Below, piece by piece: positions 29,627 through 41,947 of a DNA stretch of 64,000 bases. The stretch comes from Felis catus (Eukaryota). The position numbers were made by a program, and so were the translations under genes. Below the pieces are notes generated by a model that searched no databases, had not been told where the DNA came from, and saw only the letters and a program-made list of their open reading frames with translations. The stretch covers positions 18,786,001-18,850,000 of the forward strand of contig NC_058383.1 in the NCBI RefSeq assembly GCF_018350175.1, read 5' to 3'. How positions within the stretch are numbered: position 1 is the first letter of the stretch; each line of letters starts with the position of its first letter.

Positions 29627-32600
29627 CTTGGGACCCCTCAGTCTCCAGCTTTCTCGGGACCTTGTGAAGCCCCTGACTTGCCTCTCCTTGGCCTCTCGCT
29701 GCCCTCTCTTAGCCTACCCCTTCCACTTGTCCTCCTTTGTTCCCAGAGGCCGATATGGCAGATTGTAGCAGTCCGCTTGCTGAAGATGCCCCGTTTCCAG
29801 ATTCGCCCTGGAAGAAGAAGCTGAGGAGTAGAGATGCAGAAGAGAAGACAAAGGAGGCGTTTCTGTGAGTGAGGCTGGGGCACTGGGACCCCAGGAGCAG
29901 AAGGGGAGCCGGAGGCGTGGGCTGAGGTGGGCAGGATCCTTGGGTGGCTCCTGAAAGGGTAAGGAGAAGGGATGGAGGGAGTCTTGAGGCTCAGGGAGGA
30001 ATGAAGTTGTTTTTTTGTAAACATTTTTTTTTTTTCAACGTTTATTTATTTTTGGGACAGAGAGACAGAGCATGAACGGGGGAGGGGCAGAGAGAGAGGG
30101 AGACACAGAACCGGAAACAGGCTCCAGGCTCTGAGCCATCAGCCCAGAGCCTGACGCGGGGCTCGAACTCACGGACCGCGAGATCGTGACCTGGCTGAAG
30201 TCGGACGCTTAACCGACTGCGCCACCCAGGCGCCCCGTAAACATTTTTTTTAAAGTTTATTTACTTATTTTAAGTAGGGGAGGGGCAGAGAGAGAGAGGG
30301 GAACAGAAGATCCGAAGTGGGCTCTGTGCCGACAGCGGACAGCCCTATGGGGGGCTCGAACTCACGAACTGGGAGATCGTGACCTGAGTCGAAGTCACAC
30401 GCTTAGCCAACTGAGCCACCCAGGCGCCCCAAGGAAAGCAATTTACCTTAAAAATTAAGGCATTTTCCTTGCTAATATTTGGGTCCCGTGGGTATACAAA
30501 TGATGGCTCAGGTTTTCTCTGACTTTACCTCCCCGTGTCCACAGGATGATGTCACTGGAAGGTGTTCCCTCTTGATAATCCACTTCCCCATGTTGGTGCC
30601 CAGGACCAAAGAGCTACCTCCTTGGTAGCTCAGGAGGAGACACATGGGACTGGGGTCCCTTCCTCTTCCTCCGTCCCAGCCCTCGCTTCTCTTTGTAGGT
30701 TTCAAGACACCTCTCCTTTGTCTCCGCCTCCTCCGAGAACCAAAAGCAGGAAGCATACTCGGGCACTCCAGAAGTTAAGGTACCAAGGGCAGGGGGCTCG
30801 CCGGGGTAGAGAGGGGCGGTTTGGTGGGTGGCCCGCCCTGGCTGACCCACCGTCCTTCCTGCACCCCAGGGAGGTGAACAAACGCCTGCAAGATCTCCGT
30901 TCCTGCCTGAGTCCCAAGCAGTGCCAGGGCCAAGATCACCAGAACCAAGAGGATGAGGTGGTCCTAGTGGAGGGTCCCACCCTTCCATCGAGCCCCCGGC
31001 TCTTCCCACTGAAAATCAGGTGCCGGGCTGATGTGATCAGGTTGCCCATGAGGATGGTAAGTGCCTGAAGGGCCGTGGGAGAGGGATCCCCGGAGCTGCC
31101 TGTGGGCGAGTGTGGTGTCAGGGCAGAAGGGACCGTGTCTTGCTTTCCCCATCCAGCCAGTGCCCTTCCAGGTTCCCCGCCCCCCCCCCCCCCCCCCCCC
31201 CCACGTCTTGGGTTCGCTCTTCCCTTTGTCTCCATTGTCTTTCCCTCACTCTCTCTTCTCCAGCAAACTTCCCACCCACCCTTCAAGGCTCCACTTAAGC
31301 CTCCTGAGAAGCTTTGCTTGGTAGCCCCCTCCTCCGTTCCTTCCCTCGGACCCCGTGCTGCCCCTTGGTGCCTGCTTTTTTTTTTTTTAATTTTTTTTTA
31401 ACGTTTATTTATTTTTGAGACAGAGAAAGACAGAGCATGAACAGGGGAGGGTCAGAGAGAGGGAGACACAGAATCTGAAACAGGCTCCAGGCTCTGAGCT
31501 GTCAGCACAGAGCCCGACGCGGGGCTTGAACTCACGGACTGCGAGATCATGACCTGAGCCGAAGTCGGCCGCCCAATCGACTGGGCCACCCAGGCGCCCG
31601 TGGTGCCTGCTTTTAAACTGTGTTAGTCACAGATGTCACCCGTTCACTCTGAGCTCCCCCAGCTTCCTGGTGGAAACGACTATTTTTGTAGGGATGAGCC
31701 CAATTCCAAAACAAGAGTGACAACAGAAATAACCATTTATTGAGCAGCAGCGACGTGTCAGGCAAGCAGCGAAGCCAGGCCTTGCGAACACGCAGCTCAT
31801 GGCTTTTATCGACAGCGCGTCTTACTTTTTTTGTCTCGTGGACGCAGAATGCTTTTCAGACGTGTGTTCGTTGCCACCCACCTCAATGAGTGATTTCATC
31901 CCAAGGACCAGTTGCCTGGCTTCTCTTAAATAGGAAGGAGTAGTTGCACTGGCCTATGCTCCCACACGGCACCCATCAGCCAGAGCTGGGGACAGCTGGC
32001 CTGTTAGAGGGGGCGTATGAGATCCAGTTTGCCGCATTCCCCACCCCTGCCCTTTTCCCACAGCTGCTTCATTTCTTTGTGTTACCTCCCCGAACCCCAT
32101 ATGGACGTGACTTTATTCTGTACTTTGCCAGGTAAATCTATGGGACTCCCAGCTGAGGAGCTCAGCGGGTAGCAAAGGCCAGAAACGTGGTGGGGGAGGG
32201 GGGGACGGGGCACGTCAGGAGGTGGCCTCCTTTGCTTCTTGTCCCCTCGCCAGTCGGAGCCCCTACAGAGTGTGGTGGACCACATGGCCACCCATCTCGG
32301 GGTGTCCCCAAGCAGGATCCTTTTGCTCTTCGGAGAGACAGAGCTGTCCCCTACTGCCACTCCCAGGACCCTAAAGCTTGGAGTGGCTGACATCATTGGT
32401 GAGAGGAAGGCAGGGAGGTGGAGCCTTGAGGAGGCTTTGGCCACAGGGAGGGGATAGAGGAAAAGGCCCAGAGGGGGCCCTGCTTCCGGTCCCCCCCCTT
32501 AAGCCTGGCTTCCCGATCCTGCCTCCCACAGACTGCGTGGTGCTAGCAAGTTCTCCGGAGACCTCAGAGATGTCCCGCCTGCTCCAGCTGCGGGTGCAGG

Positions 32601-34642
32601 GCAAGGAGAAACACCAGATGCTGGAAGTCTCGCTGTCTCCGGTGAGTGGGAGAGATGGCTGTCCGGGCCCCTCACCCTTTCCTCTGCCGACCGTGTCTCT
32701 CTGGTCGGTTACCAGCGGGTGGCTCCCCCCGAGTCCCGAGCAGTTTGGGTTCCTAGAGAGTGGGGAGAGCCCACTGTTCAGCTTGGCTCCCCCTCGTGCT
32801 GGGAACCTCTGCTCTAGTCTCCCGACTCCTGCTTAAAATGGAAAGGACCCTTGGACGGTAACCAATGAAACAGAACAACAGCGCCAGGCTTCTGAGTGAC
32901 AGTCCCCACGCTAGAGATAATTAACTTCCCAGTCAGGGTGTTGGTGAACTTCACGGTGACATTGCATGGAAACCCCTGTCGCTGCCCTCATTTAACACAT
33001 AGGGACACGGGCCTAGAGAGGCGGGATAATTTGCAGTGTCTGTTCCTGGGGCTGCTGTAGCAAAACGCCACAAACCGGGTGGCTTAAAACCACCGTATTC
33101 TCACACGGTCCTAGAGGCCAGGAGTCGAAGCTGAGTGCTCAGCAGGGGCCGTGCTCTGAGGCTCCGGGCAGAAACGCTTCTTGCTTCTTCCTGACTCCTG
33201 GAGGCAGCCGCCGGTCCTGGGCACTCCTTGGCCTGCAGCTGCGCCCGCCCCCTCCCTCAGTGTCTGCCTCTGTCGTCGCGGGGTGTCCTCCCTGTGTGTC
33301 TCTGCCTGTGTGTTTTCTTGCAAGGATGCCAGACGCTGGTACCCACCCTCAGCGAGTGTGCCCTTGACTTCACCTGATTACATCCGCAAAGGCCCTGTTT
33401 CCCATCTGGAAATGGGAAATGGTCACATTCACACTTACCAGGGCCCTTGCCCAAGGTCACACGTGAGCCGAGTGGGAGAGCCTGGCCTGCAGCTCGGGCC
33501 ATCCTCACTCTAGGATCTGGGCTGTCTTCTTCACTGCAACAGACGCCCCCATTGGTAGGTGAGGAGCTTGGGGCTTGCAGAACCCACCGGACCCGGAGCC
33601 TGCAGCCTAAGCCTTAGCCTCTGTGGCCCGGTCCCCTAGAGAGGGACCGGGCTGTGCTAGCTTCTCTGTCCACTCGCCTTCCCCTCCGTGGGTTCTGACT
33701 TGATTTGTCCCCTTGTCCTCTCTGTCCTGAGTCCTCTGTCCATCTCTATGAGTTCTCAGCCCCTCTTTTCAAATTCTTTTTTTCTTCAGATTTTTTTAAA
33801 TTAAAAATTTGTAATGTTTATTAATTTTTTATTAATTGTGAGGTTTTTTGTTTTTTTAATGCTTATTTATTTTTGAGGGAGAGAGCGAGCGAGAGACAGA
33901 GCATGAGCAGAAGAGGCAGAGCGGGAGACACAGAATCCAAAGCAGGCTCCAGGCTCCAAGCTGTCAGCACAGAACCTAATGTGGGGCTCGAACTCACAAA
34001 CCGTGAGACTGTGACCCAAGCCGAAGTCAGACGCTCATCCGACTGAGCCACCCAGGCAACCCGTTAAAGATTTTATTTTTATTTTTTTATTTTTTATTTA
34101 TTTTTATTTTTTTTTTCAACGTTTTTTATATTTATTTTGGGACAGAGAGAGACAGAGCATGAACGGAGGAGGGGCAGAGAGAGAGGGAGACACAGAATCG
34201 GAAACAGGCTCCAGGCTCCGAGCCATCAGCCCAGAGCCTGATGCGGGGCTCAAACTCCCGGACCGCGAGATCGTGACCTGGCTGAAGTCGGACGCTTAAC
34301 CGACTGCGCCACCCAGGCGCCCCTAAAGATTTTATTTTTAAGTCACCTCTACACCCAACATGAGGCTCAACCCCTTGAGCAAGCGTCACATGTTCTATTG
34401 ACTGAGCCGTCCAGGCACCCCCTCCCCTCCCCTCCACCCCATCTTTTCGAATTCTTACATCCATTTTTTTCTTCTCTGTCCAGGATTCTCCTCTCAAGAC
34501 CCTCATGTCCCGCTACGAGGAGGCCATGGGACTCTCAGGCCACAAGCTCTCCTTCTTCTTTGATGGGACAAAGCTTTCAGGCAAGGAGCTGCCCGCTGAT
34601 CTGGGCATGGAATCTGGGGACCTCATCGAGGTCTGGGGCTGA
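26454..34642 (+). CDS. NFATC2IP: NFATC2-interacting protein NIP45, RENi family with two SUMO-like domains (419 aa)
   Basis: Coding exons 26454-26840, 27505-27577, 29747-29864, 30699-30779, 30870-31056, 32254-32398, 32532-32641, 34484-34642 sum to 1260 nt. RG-rich N-terminus MAEPVRKRGRRSRGG, SIM-like FVDLVSDSDEDILEV, C-terminus FFFDGTKLSGKELPADLGMESGDLIEVWG. Confidence 0.97.
28680..28906. mobile_element. MER20-like hAT MITE
   Basis: TGTCCTGTGCATTGTAGGATG...ATGACAACAAAAATTGTCTC..GACATTGCCA...GAGAACCAC pattern. Confidence 0.7.
29591..29623 (+). repeat. (GT)n microsatellite in NFATC2IP intron 2
   Basis: Direct dinucleotide run. Confidence 0.95.
33035..33410 (-). mobile_element. MaLR (MLT1-type) LTR in NFATC2IP intron 7
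   Basis: GGGGCTGCTGTAGCAAAACGCCACAAACCGGGTGGCTTAAAAC...TTCTCACA...GATTACATCCGCAAAG..CCCTGTTTCC is MLT1-like. Confidence 0.65.
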
Positions 34643-37600
34643 AACCCCGCGCCCTGTTTTGACGTGCCGCCTGGACTTGGGGGAGGACAGCTGCCCCTTT
34701 TGGCCCTGTATGGGCTTATCTTTAAGCTGAAGCAAAATCTAGCAGCGAACTTTGACCCCCTCTCCCGTTGACCCTGGTTTCAAGCCGTTAGTTACTTGGT
34801 TAGTTGTGTGGTTCTTGCCGTCCTGGGTGGACTGTGGCTCCGCCCACTGGGTATGCTGCGTTCGCAGCCCCCCAGGACACGGGGAAGGTATCCCTCACTC
34901 CCACCGAGCCCCTTTCCTTCCTGGAAATGTTTTTATGCAAATGTTTTTATGCAAGTGCTCCTATTTAGAGCGAGTGGGAATAAACGAGGGGTGGGTGTGG
35001 ATTCCAGGCCTGGGATGTCTGGGAGCTGGGACCAGCAGTGGCCCCAGGGGGCTAGCAGGTAAAGTTTGAGGCACCTACACGAGTGTGGTTCCCCGGCCTG
35101 CAGGAAGATAAATGGTCCAGGCCCCACACGCGCTCACTTAAGCCCAGGCAGACAGGGTCTAGTGGATCCTCAGCTTTGGATGTCTTCCTCACCCCAGGAC
35201 CCTTTATAGGCACCTTCCTGAGGCACACACGTTGTTTAAGACAAAACTGAACACCTCGAGCTCTTTTTGTTTGGATCTCCCGATGCTAGTCCACGAAAGG
35301 CTTCTCTGGTTTTACGGCTGTCTCTTCCCTGCTCATGCCAGCCTAAGCACCCATTCGAGTGTGCGGATCGCGCGTCTTTGAATACAAACGCATCCTCCTA
35401 AGACGCACTGATGTGTGTGTTGAATACACTTTTGCCACGTGCGGTAGCGCCGTGCTGTAGCTCTCTTCCTCACTCAATACGTGGTGCTTATTCTACGTGG
35501 GATTCATCGCTCGAAGGGCTCGTTGGTGTTCCTCAGGGGGCCTCGGCCGCATCTTATACGTTCATGGGTCTCCTTCCGCGCTTGCGTGGCAGGTTCTCCA
35601 ACATAAGCCCCCAGGATGGGATTACGGGGCGGACGGGTTCATTTCCCTGTGGTTCTACCAAATTTTTCTCACGAACGGCCACGGAGCCTCCCCCTGGAAG
35701 GTCCCCGTTTCTCCTCATCCTCACCAGCTCTTGTTACTGCCCTGCTTTCCAACTTTTGCCAGCCCGTGGGGAGGAAAGTGGTGCCGCGTTTCGACGCACA
35801 TCCATCCGCTCACCGGCACTTCCGGGAATTTCTTCGCACGTGCCCCGCAGCCTTTCGGGCTCCCTTTCTGTGCGCTGCCGTGACCGCTGCCGACGGCTCG
35901 AGGACCGGCGCTCGCGCTTCATTCTTTAGGGGTGTCCTTCACCGAACAGAAATTCTCAGTTTGGATGTTACGTGCGTGAACTATTTTGTCGTATCATTTG
36001 TTGCTTTTTGATTTCTTATTTAAAAGTCGTTTAGATATTTTACATTTTCTGCTCTTGGCCCCTTAGTTTGCCCTTGCACGTTTCGGCCACTAAGTAGGGC
36101 CGAGGTCCGGCCATCACACCCCGCGATGCACGTCGGCTGGCCTCTGTTCTGTGTGGGCGAACATTTGTTCGCATCGGCTGATTCCGGGCTGAATATTGAA
36201 TATTACTTTTAAACGATTTGCATTCAACTTCGCCTATGAGATCCAGGTTTTATTTTCACCACAGAATGAGCCAGACTTCTCAGCGCTGTCTACTAATAAA
36301 GCCATTAATTTGCCACTGATACGTGGTATCATTCTGACAAAAGTATGTCACCTTCTAAAAACTTCTTTTGTTGGAATGCGGCATTCCTTTGACCTTATAA
36401 TGTGAGAAAAATAGAAGCCTCTATAACATTGAGATAATCCACGATATGGCATAACTCACTTTTTTCAGATCTCATTTTGTCCATTAATACGTTTGGACAC
36501 GTTAAAATTGTGTATTCGGCCTTAACAAAATAAACGGGAGTACATTCACCTTGCGTCTCCTTGAGGGTTTCTGTCTTTGTAAACCCCCCCGCCCCCCCCC
36601 AGGACCCCCCACTACAGCCCCTGTGACAGTCCATTAGTTGTCACCTTGCATCCATTGTTACTCCTTCCAGGGTAACAGAGACCCCGGTTTTTAGCAAAGC
36701 ACGGAGACTTCAGAGGGAGGACAGCCAGCCTCCGTTGTAGCCAGCTGCCAGTTCAGGCTGGTGGGTGTAAGGGGGAGAGGGGCGCACCTCGCAGAGCATT
36801 TCCCAAAGACGGCGGCAGGAGCCCCTCTCCTTCGCTGTCTTCCTGCTGCTGGACGTAGAACAGCCCTGCGGACAAGAGGCGACCTTGGGGAAAGAAGCCG
36901 TGCAGGTGGCACAGGACACAGAGAGACGGAGCCCGGGCCCCAGCCTCTCTGCAGCGTCCTACCGGTCCTCCACTGCTGACCTCGGGGCTGTCCTGGGAGG
37001 GGGAGCTACTTCCGTCCTGCCTAAATCACTGCTATTTGAGGACTTCTGTCTCTGGTAACCCAGCCCAGTTCCAGCCCCAGGATGTTGCCATTGCAACATT
37101 GTAGTGAGCCTGTTGGGGTCCCTGGCTGAGATTTTTCTCAGGTTTCTCTCCAGGAGTAGAATCACCGGTCACTGAACGTGTATCCTCCCGCCTGGTCTCT
37201 CTTAAGCAGTGCCAGGTTGCTGACCACGGTGACTGGACCTCTTTATAAATCCGTTAGCAAGTGCTAGAAGATTCCGGTTTCTTCTTCCCCAGCCCTGAAT
37301 CTGGGGAGGAGATGGGAAAGACTACTTATTTTAAAAGAATTTGCATTTCTTCTATGTTGAGAGGTTATTCATCCTTTTGATCAAAGGGATTGATCACTTC
37401 TCAGGTGGTCATTTTATTTTATTTTAAAATGTTATTTATTTTTATGGATTTTATTTATTATTTTTTAAAATAATTTTTAAAAGTTTATTTATTATTAGAG
37501 AGAGAGAGAGAGAGAGAGTAAGCTGGGGAGAAGCAGAGAGAGGGAGACACAGAATCTAAAGCAGGCTCCAGATTCTGAGCTTTCAGCACAGAGCCCAATA

Positions 37601-37800
37601 TGGGGCTCGAACCCACAGACCTTAAGATCATGACCTGAGCCGAAGTCAGACACCTAACCAGTCAGCCACCTAGGTGTCCCTTAAGGATTTTATTTTTAAG
37701 GAATCTCTTACACCCAACATGGGTCTCTAACTCACAATCCAGAGATCAAGAGTCACACCCTCCACCAACTGAGCCAAACTGGCACCCCTATTTTCTTTTC

Positions 37801-37832
<32 letters not shown>

Positions 37833-39659
37833 GATTTTAAGTGATCTCTGCACCCAATGTGAGGCTTGAACTTACAACCCCAATATCAAGAGTCCCATGC
37901 TCTTCCCACTGAGCCAGCCAGGTGGCCCGTCAGGTGGTCTTTCTGAACTCTCCCGAAAAAAACCAAAAACAAAGCCAACAAACAGGGGTGCCTTGGTTGC
38001 TCAGTAGGTTAAGCTTCTGACTTCGGCTCAGGGCACGACCTTGCAGTTCATGAGTTCAGGCTCCGCATTGGGCTCTGTGCCGACAGCTCCGAGCCTGGAG
38101 CCTACTTCGGATTCTGTGTCTCCCTCTCTCTCTGTCCCTCCCCAGTTCATGCTCTGTCTCTCTCTCAAAAATAAACATTAAAAAAAACAAAAAACAAAAA
38201 AAAACACAACACTCTCCTGATGAAAAACCTTCAAAACTGGGGTGCCTGGGTGGCTTAGTCAGTTAGGCACCCGACTTCGGCTCATGAGTTCGAGCCCTGA
38301 CAGCTCAGGGCTCTGACAGCTCAGAGCCTGCAGCCTGCTTCGGATTTCTGTCTCTCTGTCTCTCTGCCCCTCCCCTGCTCACGCTCTATCTCTCTCGAAA
38401 ATGAATAAACGTTAACAAATTTTTTTAAAAAACACCTTCAAAATTGTAGTAGGCCCTTACTCGGTGTCACGTGCGAAGCTTGGTACTTTTCATGACCTCA
38501 TTCATCCAAAGAGCACCTAGGAGGTAGGTGGTGGTATTATTCCCATTCTCCAGAACAGAAGCACAGATTAGTGAACCCGCCCCAAACCTCACAGCCACCG
38601 GGCGCAGAGCCAGATGGAAGGCCAGGTGGGCCTGATCTACGACAAGACCCGTGCTGCCCAAGCTGGAACCTGCACACAAGTGAGCTTGTGAGCTTGTGGA
38701 AACACGTGGCGTCAGCAGTTCTGGGCTGCGGCCGGAGATGTTGCCGTTCTAACGAGCTCCTAGGGGTTGTGGCCGTGCTGGCCACACTTGGGGTAGCAGG
38801 ATGCTGTTTTGCTTTTTTTTTTTCTATAGCCTCACAGCCTCCCATCTCCCCACCCCTGCTTTTCCTTCCAGAAGCCCCCCCCCCCCCACCGCCATGGGAC
38901 TGGCCATGTCCTCTGTGTGTCCCCACCTCAGTTCGGAACAGGAGTCTGGCTCAGCGGACTCTTCCTGCCCATCGATCTCTTTCTCCGGTGCTAGACTGTA
39001 AGCTCCTTGAAAATAAATACCCTATCTTGTTCTTCTCAAACATCCCTAGCTTGGTGTCTGATGCCTAGTAGTTACCTGACAAATGTTTGTTGAATGAACA
39101 ACTTCCTCATCGCATGAGCCAGAAACCCGTGTCACTCTGGACACCTCTTAACCCCCATATCCTCTCCGTCACCCACAGCTGCCCTAGGTGGCTAAGAGCG
39201 ACTCACGTCCCTCCATCCCACCGAGGCCTGCAGCCCGGTCTCCTGCTGCAGCCGCCTGACAAGTTCTGCCGCCCCTTTGGCCCCCTCCAACCCAAGTACA
39301 GTGTAGCCAGAAGGATCTTAAATGCAAATCCAATTTTAAAATGAAGGAAATGCTTAACGTGTCCTAGGCCCCAGGCCCAGCCTGGCCCCTGCCTGCTCCC
39401 TGGCCGGCCTCCCTCCCCGCACCCTCCTCCATGCTGCCCTCCTTTCAGATTCTGGTGTCCATTATGCTTCCTTCTGTGGCCTTTGCACAAGCTTTCGACT
39501 GCCTGGAACTGTTTTTTCTCCCCTCTTAGGAAGTCAGTGTTTGCCACGCCCCCCATATCTGAGCTCAAGGATCACTTCCTCAGCAAGACTCTCAACCTCT
39601 CTGACCAGGTCAAATGCCCCTGTTATCAAGTCCTTGTCATACTCATACACCTGTCTTTG

Positions 39660-39745
39660 TTATTTTATTTTATTTTATTTTATTTTATTTTATTTTATTT
39701 TATTTTATTTTATTTTATTTTATTTTATTTTATTTTATTTTATTT
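39660..39745. repeat. (TTTTA)n microsatellite, expanded SINE tail
   Basis: About 17 perfect TTTTA units adjoining an antisense SINE. Confidence 0.95.
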
Positions 39746-40499
39746 CATTTAGTTTACTTATTTATTTATTTGAGGAGAGGGGAAGAGAGAGAGGGAGAGA
39801 GAGAATCCCAAGCAGACTCCGTGCTGTCAGCTTGGAGCCCAACGCAGGGCTTGAACCGACAAACTGTGAGATCATGACCTGAGCCGAAACCAAGAGTCAG
39901 ACGCTTAACTGACTGAGCCACCCAGGGGCCCCCAGATGTCATTTTTTTGTGGCACTTGTCATAGGTGAACTTTTTTTTTCCCAAGAAATTCCACATATAT
40001 TTTCCAGACCAGTTTCCAAATCAGGTAGAGCAAAAAGTTGGGCTCCAGTTTAAACCAATAGACCTGTACAGACAGATTTATTTATCTGACCTAAAAGTAA
40101 TTTTATTCCAGAAATCCATCAGATTGAAAAAGCCTGAGCCCAGAGATGAGCACAATGTTTTTTTTCCATTTGGCAAAAACAATTAGCATAAAGATATTTG
40201 CCTTTGTAACCAAAAAGTTTTATTTTCATTAATGTCCAGTGGTACTGTATTTGGATCACGGGCTTTTTTAAAAATAATTTTTAGGGGCGTCTGGGTGGCT
40301 CCGTCGGTTGAGCTTCAGCTCAGGTCATGATCTCGCGGCTTGTGAGTTCGAGCCCCGCATCGGGCTGTGTGCTGACAGCTTGGAGCCTGGAACCTGCTTT
40401 GGATTCTGTGTCTCCTTCTCTCTCTGCCCCTCCCCCTCTTGTGCTGTGTCTCTATCAAAAATAAATGAATGTAAAAAAAAAATTAAAATAATTTTTAAC

Positions 40500-41390
40500 T
40501 TTATTAGAGTTTAATTTACATGCCTAACCATTCACTCACTTGAACTGTAAAAGTTCATGAGTCTTAGTAGATGTACGCGGCCCGGAAATGGTTCCTCAGG
40601 CCATTTGCATAATCCCCTCCCCTGACCCCATTGTATGAATGTCACCTGTTGGTGGACACTCGGGGCTTTTTCATTCTGGAGGCTATTATGAATAATGATT
40701 CTTTAAAAAAAATGTTTATTAATTTTGAGGTGGGGGGAGGGGCAGAGAGAGAGAGGGAGAGAGAGAGAATCCTCAGCAGGCTCCATACCCGGCGCGGAGC
40801 CCAACGTGGGGCTCCATCCCACAACCACAAGATGGTGACCCAAGCCAAAATCAAGAGACAGACGCTCAACCGACTGAGCCACCCAGGGGCCCCAGTAATG
40901 CTTCTTATGTATATTTGCATACAGGGTGTTTTGTAGCGGCATGTTTTCAATTCTCCTAGGTGATCATCTCCGATGATCACCTAGGAGTGGAGTAATGGGC
41001 AAATGTGTGTTTAATTTTGAAGGAAACTGCCGGTTTTCTAAAGTAGCTGTACTATTTGCATTCCTACAAGTACCGTGTGAGGGTCTTAGTTGCTCCGTAT
41101 CATTTCCAGTACTTGGTGTGATCAATTTTTCTTTTTTTTTAAAGCTATTCTCACATAGTGATATTGTGGTCTTAATTTGTATTTTCCATAATGACTAACA
41201 ATGTCATATACTTGTTGGCCATTCATGTATCTCTTGTGAAAGTCTGTAGAAATCTATTGCCCATTTAAAAAACTGTGTTATTCTCTTTAGTTTTAAGAGT
41301 TGTTTATATATCGAGATATACGTCCCTTGTCAGATGCGTGCTTTGCAAATATTCTCTTTCAAACTGTGGCTTGCCTTTTCACAGGTGCGA
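40500..41390 (-). mobile_element. Ancient L1M fragment with SINE insertion
   Basis: Degenerate L1 antisense ORF2 3' sequence (CCTAGGAGTGG...TTAATTTGTATTTTCC...GGCCATTCATGTATCT). Confidence 0.7.
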
Positions 41391-41947
41391 TTTTACATAT
41401 GTATGGATATCTGTCTCCTCCAGATCAGCCTCCTGAGGGTAGGGACTCAATCTGCCTTGTCTGACACCTGGCATAATGCCAGGAACATAGTAATGGTTTG
41501 TTGAGTAAATTCAGGGACCACAATCGGAAGTTCCTTTCTATCTCTTTCTTTCCCTTAGACCCTCAGGGGAGACCAGGCTTAAGGTTATAAAACATGAAAT
41601 ATCTCATGGGGTGTCACAAGTGAAGGGTATTNNNNNNNNNNNNNNNNNNNNNNNNNNNNNNNNNNNNNNNNNNNNNNNNNNNNNNNNNNNNNNNNNNNNN
41701 NNNNNNNNNNNNNNNNNNNNNNNNNNNNNNNNNNNNNNNNNNNNNNNNNNNNNNNNNNNNNNNNNNNNNNNNNNNNNNNNNNNNNNNGGGCAGAGAAGAA
41801 TCCCAAGCAGGTTCAGTGCTGTCAGCACAGAGCCCTATGCAGGGCTCAGCCCCCTCCCAACCTGAAGATCATGACCTGAGCCGAAATCAAGCGTCCAATG
41901 CTTAACTGAGTGAGTCACCTAGGCGCCCCTTGCCTCAAATGTTTTCT

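Larger units (their letters stand above)
27665..34420 (-). repeat. Intronic antisense CanSINEs of NFATC2IP (~27665-27868, 30025-30430, 31375-31598, 33850-34420)
   Basis: Reverse-complement SINE bodies with T-rich tails, several with TSDs (e.g. GTAAACATTTTTTT at ~30018 and ~30237). Confidence 0.9.
37410..41929. repeat. CanSINE cluster, L2 fragments and (TTTTA)n between NFATC2IP and the L1
   Basis: SINEs at ~37410-38430, 39660-39931, 40283-40480, 40710-40892, 41788-41929. Confidence 0.88.
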
